Source of the DNA: Halomonas sp.
GTDB lineage: Bacteria; Pseudomonadota; Gammaproteobacteria; Pseudomonadales; Halomonadaceae
Assembly (NCBI GenBank): GCA_003552795.1
Contig: PUOM01000263.1
Span: 1 to 49,312 of the forward strand
Direction: 5' to 3'
DNA length: 49,312 nt
Position numbers and translations under genes: made by a program. Positions 1 through 9,736 of this stretch are shown piece by piece (positions within the stretch are counted from its first letter, which is position 1; each line of letters starts with the position of its first letter). Under the pieces are notes generated by a model, which was not told the origin of the DNA, ran no database searches, and was given only the letters and a program-made list of their open reading frames with translations.

Positions 1-70
1 CTGCCGTGGTTTCTCCCTCCTCATTAGCTAGTCACGGTCTTGCCGCCGCCCCATCGAGGGCGGCTTTTTT
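1..70 (+). ncRNA. 3' portion of a PrrF-like (iron/Fur-type) small RNA with its intrinsic terminator
   Basis: ctcctcattagctagtcacggtc (17-39) resembles the Pseudomonas PrrF core ctcctcatcaggctaatcacggtt as I recall it. It is followed by stem gccgccc-catcga-gggcggc (45-64) and T6 (65-70). The 5' end is cut off by the window edge. Confidence 0.7.
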
Positions 71-152
71 CGTCCCGCAGAAACAGCGATGCCCCCGGAT
101 GGGAGCATCACATGAGCGTTTTCGCTGCCCAGGCGAGGGGCGCTGGGGCAAG

Positions 153-265
153 CCGAAGAGGAGGCCCTGCGCCAGGGATGGCGTCGGTAGCGTACGGGGA
201 GGTATTCACAGCGCCTCCTCGTCGGACCGACGCTCCGGGGCTTGCCGCCAGATCAGCCCCGAGCG
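153..265. repeat. Structured intergenic REP/MITE-like element
   Basis: Inverted arms ccgaagaggaggc (153-165) and gcctcctcgtcgg (213-225) enclose hairpin cgcca-ggga-tggcg (170-183). A further hairpin lies at 231-265. Confidence 0.45.
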
Positions 266-304
266 CTTGGAACCACCGTCGACAGATTCGTCAGCACCGG
301 CAGG

Positions 305-1048
305 TCAGTCGACGCGGCGGTAGATCAGGTCCCAGACGCCGTGGCCCAGCTTCTCGCCGCGAGCCTCGAACTTGGTCAGCGGGCGGAACTCCGGCCGCGG
401 CACGTAGGGCAAGGTGTCCGCGGCGGCGGTATTGGCATAGCCCGGTGCGGCGTCCATCACCTCGGCCATCCACTCGGCGTAGGCCTCCCAGTCGGTGGCC
501 AGATGGAAGGTGCCGCCCACCTTGAGCCGGCTGCGCACCAGCTCCACGAAGGCCGGCTGCACGATGCGTCGCTTGTGATGCTTCTTCTTCGGCCAGGGGT
601 CGGGGAAGAAGAGCTGCAGGGTGTCGAGGCTGGCCTCGGGCAGGCACTCCTCGAGTACCCGCAGGGCATCTTCCCGGTAGACGCGCAGATTGGTCAGGCC
701 GCGCTTGTCGGCCTCGTCGAGCAGCTTGCCCACCCCCGGGGCGTGCACCTCGATGCCGATGAAATCGGTGTCGGGGTGGGTCTCGGCCTGCTCGATCAGC
801 GAGGCGCCCATGCCGAAACCGATCTCCACCACCCGCGGCGCACGCCGACCGAACAGGGTATCCAGATCCTGGCGCCCTTCGGCCAGGGTCAATCCCAGCC
901 TCGGCCACACCTCCTCGAGGCCACGGGTCTGGGCCTGGGTCATGCGCCCGGCACGCAGCACATAGCTCTTGATGCCGCGGCGGTGCAGGGGGGCCTGCGG
1001 GCCTTCCGGCCCGGTGGTGGCGGTATCGTCGCGGGGTTGATCACTCAT
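305..1048 (-). CDS. trmB: tRNA (guanine-N7)-methyltransferase
   Basis: EIGFGMG SAM motif, [19 protein letters not shown] and LATDW. Start set at MSDQ (1048) to avoid overlap with thiG. Confidence 0.96.
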   Translation of the reverse strand: MSDQPRDDTATTGPEGPQAPLHRRGIKSYVLRAGRMTQAQTRGLEEVWPRLGLTLAEGRQDLDTLFGRRAPRVVEIGFGMGASLIEQAETHPDTDFIGIEVHAPGVGKLLDEADKRGLTNLRVYREDALRVLEECLPEASLDTLQLFFPDPWPKKKHHKRRIVQPAFVELVRSRLKVGGTFHLATDWEAYAEWMAEVMDAAPGYANTAAADTLPYVPRPEFRPLTKFEARGEKLGHGVWDLIYRRVD

Positions 1049-1076
1049 CGGTCGTTGCAGCTCTCGATTGGCAGAT

Positions 1077-1874
1077 TCAGCCGTTGATGCGGCCGGCGAA
1101 GGGGGAGGAGGGATCGGCACTCTGGCGGCGCGGCATGCGTCCGGCCAGGAAGGCCTCGCGGCCCGCCTCCACGGCCTTGCGCATGGCGCTGGCCATCAGC
1201 ACCGGCTGGCGGGCATGGGCGATGGCGGTGTTCAGCAGCACACCGTCGCAGCCCAGCTCCATGGCCATGGCGGCATCGGAGGCGGTGCCGATGCCGGCGT
1301 CCACCAGTACCGGCACGCTGGCCTGCTCGATGATCAGGCGAATATTGTGAGGGTTCTGGATGCCGTGGCCGGAGCCGATCAGCGAGCCCAGCGGCATGAT
1401 GGCGCAGCAGCCCAGGCGCTCCAGCTCGCGGGCGACGATGGGGTCGTCGCTGGTATAGACCATGACGTCGAAGCCATCCTTGATCAGCGCCTCGGCGGCG
1501 GTCAGGGTCTCCACCACGTTGGGATAGAGGGTCGCGTCGTCGCCCAGCACCTCAAGCTTCACCAGCCTGTGGCCGTCAAGCAGCTCACGGGCCAGTTTGC
1601 AGGTGCGCACCGCGTCCTTGGCCGTATAGCAACCGGCGGTGTTGGGCAGCAGGGTATAGCGCTCCGGGGGCACCGCGTCGAGCAGGTTGGGCTCTCCGGC
1701 TTCCTGACCGAGGTTGGTGCGGCGCACCGCGAAGGTGACCACTTCGGCGCCGGAGGCGCTGATCGCCTCGCTGGTCTCGTCGAAGTCCTTGTACTTGCCG
1801 GTGCCGACCAGCAGGCGTGAGGAGAATTCACGCCCGGCGATGCGCAGGGGCTGGTCCTGGAAGAAGTCTGTCAT
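1077..1874 (-). CDS. thiG: Thiazole synthase
   Basis: [34 protein letters not shown] and VDAGIG motifs. Start MTDFFQ follows aagg RBS. Confidence 0.97.
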   Translation of the reverse strand: MTDFFQDQPLRIAGREFSSRLLVGTGKYKDFDETSEAISASGAEVVTFAVRRTNLGQEAGEPNLLDAVPPERYTLLPNTAGCYTAKDAVRTCKLARELLDGHRLVKLEVLGDDATLYPNVVETLTAAEALIKDGFDVMVYTSDDPIVARELERLGCCAIMPLGSLIGSGHGIQNPHNIRLIIEQASVPVLVDAGIGTASDAAMAMELGCDGVLLNTAIAHARQPVLMASAMRKAVEAGREAFLAGRMPRRQSADPSSPFAGRING

Positions 1875-1921
1875 CGAGTCTGCCTTGTGTGGTTGTCGTC
1901 GCGGTGGCGTACGGGCGGCGC

Positions 1922-2134
1922 TCAGCCACCGCCGATGGCGTGCACCACCTCGACCCGGTCGCCCTCGGCCAGGCGAGTGGCGGCGTGTTCGCTGCGGGGC
2001 ACGATCTCCTCGTTCACCTCCACCGCGATGCGGCGGCCGGCGAGTCCCAGGGACTCGACCAGCGCGGCAATCGTCGGGGCAGGCATGAGGTCGGGCGCCA
2101 GGGTGTGCGCCTCGCCATTGAGCTGGATCTGCAT
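1922..2134 (-). CDS. thiS: Sulfur carrier protein ThiS
   Basis: 70 aa ubiquitin-like protein, MQIQLNGE...[12 protein letters not shown]...VHAIGGG with C-terminal GG. Lies upstream of thiG. Confidence 0.96.
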   Translation of the reverse strand: MQIQLNGEAHTLAPDLMPAPTIAALVESLGLAGRRIAVEVNEEIVPRSEHAATRLAEGDRVEVVHAIGGG

Positions 2135-2322
2135 GGCGTTCTCTCTGCGCTCTGGTGGCTATCGTTGTCAGCCCCCGCCGGGGCGGCCGGCAGGGGGAAA
2201 TCGCGGCCCCATTGTAGCCGAGTCCGGCCGGCCGGGGTACGGTAGCGGCCATGACGCTCCCACCTCTCGGGGCTGAGCACCCGATATCGACCTGACCAGG
2301 ATGCCATATGAGGGAGAAAGGA

Positions 2323-2703
2323 ATGCAGGACCGAGGCTGGTGGCTGGGGGCGGCGCTGTCGGGCGCCGTGGTGGTGATGGCGGGCGCCTTCGGCGCCCAC
2401 GCCCTGGAGGAAAGCCTGGCGCCGCGTCTGGTAGCGGCCTTCGGGACCGGCGTGCGCTATCAGGCATGGCACACCCTGGCGCTGCTCGCCGTGCTGGCCT
2501 GGCGCAGCTCGCTTCCCCTCACGGGGCAGCGGCTGGCCATGGGGCTCTGGGCGGCGGGAATCGTGCTCTTCTCGGGGTCGCTCTACGCCATGGCGCTGAC
2601 CGGCATTGGCGGCCTGGGCATGATCACCCCCGTGGGCGGCGTACTGATGATCGCCGGCTGGCTGGCCCTGGCCGGCGCGGCGCTGCGCGCGCCACGCACC
2701 TGA
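2323..2703 (+). CDS. DUF423 (YgdD/TMEM256) membrane protein
   Basis: [21 protein letters not shown] and ITPVGG motifs with hydrophobic helices. Start chosen by RBS. Confidence 0.88.
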   Translation: MQDRGWWLGAALSGAVVVMAGAFGAHALEESLAPRLVAAFGTGVRYQAWHTLALLAVLAWRSSLPLTGQRLAMGLWAAGIVLFSGSLYAMALTGIGGLGMITPVGGVLMIAGWLALAGAALRAPRT

Positions 2704-2709
2704 GCCGGC

Positions 2710-3123
2710 TCAGTCCCGGTCGGGCAGGGCGTAGGTGGCGGTGACCAAGGCCACCGGCTCTTCGTCGCCGGCGGAGAACAGCTGCACCTCGCCCACCGCC
2801 AGACGCCGCCCCAGCTTGAGGATACGCGCGATGGCGATGATGTCGCGATCGCCCCGGGGGCGGCGCAGGAAGCGGCAGTGCAGATCGCTGGTGACCGCCA
2901 TGGCCTCGGGGCCGATCTGGGCGAGGATCGCCACGTAGAGGCAGACATCGGCCAGACCCATCAGGGTCGGGCCGGAGACGCTGGCGCCGGGGCGCAGGTG
3001 GTCGTCGTCGATGGCCAGGCTCATGGTGGCGCGCATGTGGTCGACGGCCTCGATGGTCCCGATACGCTGGGGAAACACCTCGTCGAGAAAGTCCTCGATG
3101 GTGGCGGCGCTCATCACGGTCAT
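2710..3123 (-). CDS. PaaI-family hotdog thioesterase
   Basis: 137 aa, HLRPGASVSGPTLMGLAD helix motif, AVTSDLHCRFLRR, LKLGRRLAVGEV. Confidence 0.85.
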   Translation of the reverse strand: MTVMSAATIEDFLDEVFPQRIGTIEAVDHMRATMSLAIDDDHLRPGASVSGPTLMGLADVCLYVAILAQIGPEAMAVTSDLHCRFLRRPRGDRDIIAIARILKLGRRLAVGEVQLFSAGDEEPVALVTATYALPDRD

Positions 3124-3152
3124 CGGCGGGCTCCTTGCGGTGGGTGGAGAAG

Positions 3153-3170
3153 GTTGACGCTGGCGTCAAC
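3153..3170. promoter_or_regulatory. 18-bp palindromic operator, LiuR-like, upstream of the thioesterase
   Basis: GTTGACGC-TG-GCGTCAAC, about 30 bp upstream of the thioesterase start. Confidence 0.55.
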
Positions 3171-3176
3171 ATAACC

Positions 3177-3206
3177 GAAAGCGCCCCGGGCAGATACCCG
3201 GGGCGC
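3177..3206 (-). terminator. Intrinsic terminator after glcB
   Basis: 10-bp stem gcgccccggg-cagata-cccggggcgc followed by tttc on the minus strand. Confidence 0.7.
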
Positions 3207-3249
3207 CTCTGGCTGGGCGGCGTCGCCGCCCTGGCGGATCAGGCCGAGG

Positions 3250-5424
3250 TTACTTGGCCTTGTGCACGGCGCGCCAGTGGTGCAGCAGCGGCTCGGTGTA
3301 GCCGGAGGGCTGCACATGGCCCTTGAAGATCAGGTCGCTGGCGGCCTGGAAGGCGCTGGAGCCCTCGTAGTCCGCGCTCATCGGCGTGTAGGTGGGGTCG
3401 CCGGCGTTCTGCTCGTCCACCACCTTGGCCATGCGCGTCAGGGTCTCCTGAACACGCGCGGCATCCACCACGCCGTGGTGCAGCCAGTTGGCGATATGCT
3501 GGCTGGAGATGCGCAGGGTGGCGCGGTCTTCCATCAGGCCCACATCGTGGATGTCCGGCACCTTGGAGCAGCCCACGCCGTGCTCGACCCAGCGCACCAC
3601 ATAGCCGAGGATGCCCTGGCAGTTGTTGTCGAGCTCCTGCTGGATCTCCTCGTCGGACCAGCTGGCCTCGGCGACCACCGGCACGGAGAGCAGCTCATCC
3701 AGGTAGTCCGGCTCCCCCTGGGCCTCCAGCTCGCGCTGGATGCCGGTGACGTCCACCTGATGGTAGTGCAGGGCGTGCAGGGTGGCGGCGGTGGGCGACG
3801 GCACCCAGGCGGTGTTGGCACCGGCCTTGGGATGGCCGATCTTCTGCTCGAGCATGGCGGCCATCAGGTCAGGCATGGCCCACATGCCCTTGCCGATCTG
3901 GGCACGGCCGCGCAGGCCACAGGCCAGGCCGATCTGGACGTTGTTCTTCTCGTAGGCGCCGATCCAGGCGGCCCCCTTCATGTCCCCCTTGCGGAGCATC
4001 GGGCCCGCCTCCATGGCGGTGTGCATCTCGTCGCCGGTGCGGTCCAGGAAGCCGGTGTTGATGAAGACCACCCGAGAGGACGCCTCGGCGATACACGCCT
4101 TGAGGTTCACCGTGGTGCGACGCTCCTCGTCCATGATGCCCATCTTGAGCGTGTCTCGGGCCATCCCCAGCAGGTCCTCGATGCGGCCGAACAGCTCGCT
4201 GGAGAAGGCCACTTCCCCGGGACCGTGCATCTTGGGCTTGACGATGTACACGGAGCCTTCGCGGGAGTTGCGCGGCTCCCCCTCGCTCTTCTTGAGGTCG
4301 TGCAGGGCGAGCAGACCGGTGACGATGCCGTCGAGGATACCCTCGGGCAGCTCGTTGCCCTCGGCGTCGAGCACCGCCGGCGTGGTCATCAGATGACCCA
4401 CGTTGCGCACGAACATCAGCGAACGGCCCGGCAGGGTCAGCTTGCCGCCGTCCGGGGCGGTGAACCGGCGGTCGGCGTGCAGGCGGCGGGTGAGGGTCTT
4501 GCCACCCTTCTCCACCTGCTCCTCCAGATCGCCCTTCATCAGGCCCAGCCAGTTGGCGTAGACGCCCACCTTGTCCTCGGCATCCACCGCCGCCACGGAG
4601 TCCTCGCAGTCCATGATGGTGGTCAGCGCCGCCTCGACCACGACATCCTTGACGCCGGCCGGATCGGTCTTGCCGATGGGATGGCTCGGGTCGATCTGGA
4701 TCTCCAGGTGCAGACCGTGGTTGGCCAGCAGCACCGACTCGGGGCTCGCCGCCTCGCCGGTGTAGCCCACCAGCTTGCCGGCATCCTTGAGGCCGGTCTC
4801 GCGCCCGCCCTCCAGAGTCACCACCAGGTGGCCGTCACGCAGCACATACTTCACGGCATCGCGGTGGGAGCCGGTGGCCAGCGGGGCGGCGCGATCCAGC
4901 ACGCCGCGGGCGTAGGCGATCACCTTCTCGCCGCGCTTGGGGTTGAAGCTCGACCCCTTCTCGGCGCCGTCCTCCTCGGAGATGGCGTCGGTGCCGTAGA
5001 GGGCATCGTAGAGGCTGCCCCAGCGCGCATTGGCAGCGTTCAGCGCATAGCGGGCGTTGCTTACCGGCACCACCAGCTGCGGCCCGGCCTGGACGGCGAT
5101 CTCGCGGTCGACGTTGGCCGTGGTCACCGCTACCCTGGCCGGCGCCTCGCTCAGGTAGCCGATCTCCTTGAGGAAGGCACGATAGGCGGTCATGTCGCCC
5201 ACCGGGCCGGGGTGCTCGCGATGCCAGGCGTCGAGCTGCTCCTGCAGTCGCTCACGTTCGGCGAGCAGTTCGCGGTTCTTCGGGGTCAGATCGTGAAAGA
5301 GGGCATCGACGCCGGCCCAGAACGCCTCGGCATCGACGCCGGTGCCCGGAAGCGCCTGCTCGCTGATGAAACGGTCCAGTTCGGCGGCCACCTGGAGGCG
5401 GTGACGGGTGACACGTTGGGTCAT
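3250..5424 (-). CDS. glcB: Malate synthase G
   Basis: [48 protein letters not shown] and [12 protein letters not shown] motifs. 724 aa from MTQRV with gaggag RBS. Confidence 0.98.
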   Translation of the reverse strand: MTQRVTRHRLQVAAELDRFISEQALPGTGVDAEAFWAGVDALFHDLTPKNRELLAERERLQEQLDAWHREHPGPVGDMTAYRAFLKEIGYLSEAPARVAVTTANVDREIAVQAGPQLVVPVSNARYALNAANARWGSLYDALYGTDAISEEDGAEKGSSFNPKRGEKVIAYARGVLDRAAPLATGSHRDAVKYVLRDGHLVVTLEGGRETGLKDAGKLVGYTGEAASPESVLLANHGLHLEIQIDPSHPIGKTDPAGVKDVVVEAALTTIMDCEDSVAAVDAEDKVGVYANWLGLMKGDLEEQVEKGGKTLTRRLHADRRFTAPDGGKLTLPGRSLMFVRNVGHLMTTPAVLDAEGNELPEGILDGIVTGLLALHDLKKSEGEPRNSREGSVYIVKPKMHGPGEVAFSSELFGRIEDLLGMARDTLKMGIMDEERRTTVNLKACIAEASSRVVFINTGFLDRTGDEMHTAMEAGPMLRKGDMKGAAWIGAYEKNNVQIGLACGLRGRAQIGKGMWAMPDLMAAMLEQKIGHPKAGANTAWVPSPTAATLHALHYHQVDVTGIQRELEAQGEPDYLDELLSVPVVAEASWSDEEIQQELDNNCQGILGYVVRWVEHGVGCSKVPDIHDVGLMEDRATLRISSQHIANWLHHGVVDAARVQETLTRMAKVVDEQNAGDPTYTPMSADYEGSSAFQAASDLIFKGHVQPSGYTEPLLHHWRAVHKAK

Positions 5425-5510
5425 GGTGGATCTCCTCGTGCTTGGCAGCCGACGGGTCGCATGCCAGTCTGCCGATACAGGGGTGAGTGACTGCTGTGGC
5501 TGCAATTTTG

Positions 5511-5525
5511 TGGAAAATACTTCCA
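5511..5525. promoter_or_regulatory. IclR-type operator upstream of glcB
   Basis: TGGAA-aatac-TTCCA 15-bp palindrome in the AT-rich promoter region. A second copy lies upstream of iclR. Confidence 0.65.
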
Positions 5526-5658
5526 TGTGTAAACCCGCAAAGCAGCGGGTTCGCGCGCAGCTAGACCAAAAGATAAGGCAGGGCCGCCGAGCGCGCCCAC
5601 CTTTCCCTGTGCCATCGCCCGCCAGGCACCCGCTCGAGAGAGATTCATGGAGGAGACG

Positions 5659-6645
5659 ATGAGCGACTTCACTCCACTGCAGGCGCTGGGCGCGATGCGG
5701 CTGATCGAGCCGAGCGGTTCGGACGGCGACGGCGACCACCTGGCACGCTATCTGGGCCACTACGGCCTGGCACCGCTGCTGGCCAAGCACGTGGGGCTCT
5801 ACGTGGGCTATGTGGACGCCCGGGACTTCCGGCTCTGGACCCAGGTCTGGAGCCCCGATGAACCGGTGGGTACCGCCTTCGTGGTGCACGGCTACTTCGA
5901 CCACCTGGGGCTCTACCGCCACCTGCTGGAGCGCCTGCTGGAGCGGCGCTGGCGGGTCGTGCTCTGGGACCTCCCCGGCCACGGCCTCTCCAGCGGGCCG
6001 CGCGCCTCCATTGACGATTTCGACGACTACGGCGGCTGCCTGCAAGCCCTGCAGACCCATCTCGAGGCGGAGGGGCTCGCCCCGCGCCCCTGGCTCGGCG
6101 TCGGCCAGAGCACCGGCGCGGCGATACTCGCCACCGACGCCCTGACCCGCGGCGACGATGGCCACTGGGCCGGCCTGGCGCTGCTGGCCCCCCTGGTGCG
6201 CCCCTGGGGCTGGAGCCAGAGAAGCTGGCTGCACCTGCTGGCCGGGCCCTTCGTGCGCTCCATTCCGCGCAAGTTCCGCGCCAACTCCACCGACGCCGAG
6301 TTCGCCGCCTTCCTGCGCGAGCGGGACCCCCTGCAGGCGGATCGCGTCGAGGTCGGCTGGGTCAGTGCCATGCGCCGCTGGATGCCGAGACTGCTCGCCC
6401 TGCCCCCTACTCCGGTGAAGACACTGATCCTCCAGGGCGAGCAGGACCTGACGGTGGACTGGGAGTGGAACCTCGCCGTGCTGGCGCGCAAGTTCCCCAA
6501 TGCCGAGATTCACCGCCATCCCGAAGCGCGCCACCACCTGGTCAACGAGGCCGAGCCGATCCGCCGGGCGCTCTTCGATGCCCTGGATCGCTTTATCGAC
6601 GACCTGGCACCCGCCGCCGCCCACCTCGAGATCGAACGCCCATGA
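5659..6645 (+). CDS. Alpha/beta hydrolase (Hydrolase_4/lysophospholipase-like)
   Basis: [15 protein letters not shown], nucleophile elbow GQSTG, QGEQD and ARHHL. ggaggag RBS precedes ATG 5659. Confidence 0.9.
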   Translation: MSDFTPLQALGAMRLIEPSGSDGDGDHLARYLGHYGLAPLLAKHVGLYVGYVDARDFRLWTQVWSPDEPVGTAFVVHGYFDHLGLYRHLLERLLERRWRVVLWDLPGHGLSSGPRASIDDFDDYGGCLQALQTHLEAEGLAPRPWLGVGQSTGAAILATDALTRGDDGHWAGLALLAPLVRPWGWSQRSWLHLLAGPFVRSIPRKFRANSTDAEFAAFLRERDPLQADRVEVGWVSAMRRWMPRLLALPPTPVKTLILQGEQDLTVDWEWNLAVLARKFPNAEIHRHPEARHHLVNEAEPIRRALFDALDRFIDDLAPAAAHLEIERP

Positions 6646-7127
6646 ACGCTAGCCGCCCGCTCCTGCTGCTGCTTGCCCCGCTGCTGGCCGGCTGCGCTGC
6701 CGCCCCGGAGCGCCCCGAGACCCTGCGCCAGGCGCTCTTCAACCTGGGCGAGCGCGCGGCCATCCGCGTGACCGAAGCCCCCGCCCTGCCACGCCCGCCC
6801 GGCGACCAGGTGCTGCTGCTGGTTACCCCGGAGGTCAACGGCGAACTCGGTATCGGCCAGGAACGTTTCCGCGAAAGCCTGACTCGGGCACTGCTGGCGG
6901 TAGGCGACGGTCCCCAGGTGCTCGACTGGAGCGACAGCATGGGCGAAGGAGGAGGTGACAACCAGTGGCGACTGGAGAGCCGCCTGATGGCCGACGGGCC
7001 ACGCCTGCGGCTCTCGGACCGGGAGCTGCTTCCCTACCGCCTGACCCTGATACTGCGACGCCCCGACGGCGAGTCGGTGATGTGGGAAGAGAGCCTGCAG
7101 GGCGCCCTGGATGCCACGGCGCTATAG
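6642..7127 (+). CDS. Hypothetical lipoprotein
   Basis: [18 protein letters not shown] lipobox. ATGA overlap with the hydrolase stop. Confidence 0.8.
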   Translation: MNASRPLLLLLAPLLAGCAAAPERPETLRQALFNLGERAAIRVTEAPALPRPPGDQVLLLVTPEVNGELGIGQERFRESLTRALLAVGDGPQVLDWSDSMGEGGGDNQWRLESRLMADGPRLRLSDRELLPYRLTLILRRPDGESVMWEESLQGALDATAL

Positions 7128-7145
7128 CGCCCCTCCTTCCACTCC

Positions 7146-7187
7146 TCACCACTCACCCCTCACCATTCACCACTCACCACTCACCCC
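7146..7187. repeat. Heptamer tandem repeat (TCACCMY x6)
   Basis: tcaccac tcacccc tcaccat tcaccac tcaccac tcacccc between convergent genes. Confidence 0.85.
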
Positions 7188-8683
7188 TTAAGCAGCCGAT
7201 CCAGCTGCCGATAGCCGATCGCCTCGATCAGCTGCTCCCGGGCGGGCGTCGGTTCCCCTGTCAGGTCGGCCAGGGTCAGCGCCACCCGCAGCACCCGATG
7301 ATAGGCCCGGGCCGAGAGCCTGAGTCGCTCCAGCACGCCTGCCAGCCAGGCACGATCGGCGGCGGCCAGGCCGCAGGCCGCCTCCAGCTCCCGTCCGGCC
7401 AGGTGCGCATTGAGCGCCCCGCGCGCCAGCTGGCGTTCACGAGCCGCCACCACCCGCCGGCGCACGACCGCCGAGGACTCCCCGGCCGTTGCCGAGGTGA
7501 GCTGTTCCGGCGGCAATGCCGGAACCTCCACCTGCAGATCGATGCGGTCGAGCAGGGGTCCCGAGAGGCGCGCCTGGTAGCGCTGAATCTGCGCCGCGGT
7601 GCAGTGGCAGGGCTGGCGGGGATCGCCCAGATGGCCGCAGGGACAGGGATTCATGGCCGCCACCAGCTGGAAACGCGCCGGAAAGCGGCGCTGATGGCTG
7701 GCTCGGGCGATATGGATCTGGCCCGACTCCATGGGCTCGCGCATCACCTCCAGCACCTGTCGCGAGAACTCCGGCAGCTCGTCCAGGAACAGCACCCCGT
7801 GGTGGGCCAGCGAGATCTCTCCCGGGCGGGGCTTCGAGCCACCGCCCACCAGGGCCACCGCGCTGGCGGTATGGTGCGGCGCCCGGAAGGGCCGCTGCCC
7901 CCACTCGGCGGCCAGCGGCAATCCGCTGACAGAGCGCACCGCCGCTACCTCCAGGGCCTCTTCGTCGGTAAGCGACGGCAGGATACCGGGCAGGCGGCTG
8001 GCCAGCATGGTCTTGCCGGTGCCGGGCGGGCCGGCGAAAAGCAGGTTGTGGGATCCCGCCGCGGCCACCTCCAGGGCGCGGCGCGCCTGGTGCTGGCCGC
8101 GCACCTCGGCCAGGTCAGGCAGCGGCGTGGCCGCCTCGGGCGGACGCGAAAGCCGGTGCGGCGTGATCGGCGCCTGCCCCAGCAGGTGAGCGACCACCTC
8201 GAGCAGATGGTCGGCGGGCAGCACCTCGAGATCACCGGAGAGTGCCGCCTCATCGGCATTGGCGCGGGGCACGATCAGCCGTCGACCGGCACGGCGAGTG
8301 GCCAGGGCCAGGGGCAGCACGCCGCTGATCGGGCGCAAGCCGCCGTCCAGGGCCAGCTCGCCGACGCTCTCGGTCTCCTCGAGAGCCCTCGGGGGCAGCT
8401 GCCCCGAGGCCAGCAGCAGGCCCAGGGCGATGGGCAGATCGAAGCGTCCGCCCTCCTTGGGCAGGTCGGCGGGTGCCAGATTGAGGGTGATACGACGCAG
8501 AGGGTAGTCGAAGCCGGCGTGGGTCAGGGCGCTGCGCACCCGCTCACGGCTCTCCTTCACCGCCGCCTCGGGCAGGCCCACCAGGGTCATCCCCGGCAGG
8601 CCGTTGGCCAGGTGGACTTCCACCTGCACCTCGGGGGCCTCGAGGCCGAGGCCTGCGCGGGTATGGACGATCGCCAGCGTCAT
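7181..8683 (-). CDS. comM: YifB/ComM Mg-chelatase-like AAA+ ATPase
   Basis: VGLPEAAVKESRERV, NLAPADLPKEG, Walker A GPPGTGKT, RPFRAPHH, LFLDE, NPCPCG...CHC and LLDRID. Confidence 0.93.
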   Translation of the reverse strand: MTLAIVHTRAGLGLEAPEVQVEVHLANGLPGMTLVGLPEAAVKESRERVRSALTHAGFDYPLRRITLNLAPADLPKEGGRFDLPIALGLLLASGQLPPRALEETESVGELALDGGLRPISGVLPLALATRRAGRRLIVPRANADEAALSGDLEVLPADHLLEVVAHLLGQAPITPHRLSRPPEAATPLPDLAEVRGQHQARRALEVAAAGSHNLLFAGPPGTGKTMLASRLPGILPSLTDEEALEVAAVRSVSGLPLAAEWGQRPFRAPHHTASAVALVGGGSKPRPGEISLAHHGVLFLDELPEFSRQVLEVMREPMESGQIHIARASHQRRFPARFQLVAAMNPCPCGHLGDPRQPCHCTAAQIQRYQARLSGPLLDRIDLQVEVPALPPEQLTSATAGESSAVVRRRVVAARERQLARGALNAHLAGRELEAACGLAAADRAWLAGVLERLRLSARAYHRVLRVALTLADLTGEPTPAREQLIEAIGYRQLDRLLKG

Positions 8684-8749
8684 GGGCGCTCCCTCGCCTG
8701 GAGTCTTGCCCTCAGGCTAGCCCAGGGGGCGCCGCCCTGCCCGGGAGGC

Positions 8750-9091
8750 TCAGCGGCCGGCTTCGCCGCCGCCGGCGTCCTCCTCGGGCGGAGGCGTCTC
8801 ACTGCCGGCGTCCGCTGCCGGAGCGTCCGTCGGCGCTTCGCCGGTGCGCTCCTCCAGCAGCGTCTCCAGCGCCGCCACCTGCTGCTCCAGCGCCTCCACT
8901 CGGGCCCGGGTCCGCTGCAGGACATCCATCAGGATGTCGAAGTCCTCCCGTGACACCAGCTCCAGGCGGTCGAAGGCGCCCTTCACCACCTGCTGAATGC
9001 CCTTCTGCACCTCCTCGGGCGCCTGGGAGGCGCCCTGAAGGCGCTCGCCGATCTGCTGGGCCAATTGGCCGATACGGTCATGGCTCACCAT
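8750..9091 (-). CDS. ubiK: UbiK/BMFP-family accessory factor
   Basis: LELVSREDFDI...LQRTRARVEALEQQVAALE coiled coil. Sits in the conserved position between yifB and glnK. Confidence 0.85.
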   Translation of the reverse strand: MVSHDRIGQLAQQIGERLQGASQAPEEVQKGIQQVVKGAFDRLELVSREDFDILMDVLQRTRARVEALEQQVAALETLLEERTGEAPTDAPAADAGSETPPPEEDAGGGEAGR

Positions 9092-9163
9092 GGGTCTCTC
9101 CTCAACGTGTGGAATGCCGATGACAGGATACCCATGGCCCGCCAGGAACGCATGCCCTGACGC

Positions 9164-9212
9164 CGCGCCAGGATGGCGCGCCTGCACCCGCACCCGGCAC
9201 CAGCACGGTGCA
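9164..9212. promoter_or_regulatory. Tandem NtrC binding sites
   Basis: cGCGCC-aggat-GGCGCG (9164-9180) and gGCACC-agcac-GGTGCA (9196-9212), 32 bp apart. NtrC consensus is TGCACC-N5-GGTGCA. Confidence 0.75.
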
Positions 9213-9292
9213 ACCGCCCGCCTGTCTCTCCGATCGCCCACGGACAAGCGACCGTGACATCAGATTAATTGCTTGTTTTATCTCTAATTTAA

Positions 9293-9709
<417 letters not shown>

Positions 9710-9736
9710 TCATCCCATGCCCCTGGAGAAACAGCC

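Noticed and set aside
2135-2310. TPP riboswitch upstream of thiS-thiG
   Set aside because: The minus strand has gggtgc...cgagag but lacks the CTGAGA and CCTGA...AAT.C..GCG.AGG core. A TACAAT -10-like hexamer close to thiS leaves little room for a leader.
3250-6624. 1124-aa ORF suggesting a malate synthase with a 400-aa N-terminal fusion
   Set aside because: The extension is the antisense frame of the hydrolase plus intergenic DNA. The true start is MTQRV at 5424, with an RBS.
9092-9106. ubiK RBS (tgaggagagacc on the minus strand) as a target of the PrrF-like core
   Set aside because: Only about 7 contiguous pairs, mostly generic Shine-Dalgarno complementarity. It is not supportable without IntaRNA/CopraRNA analysis.
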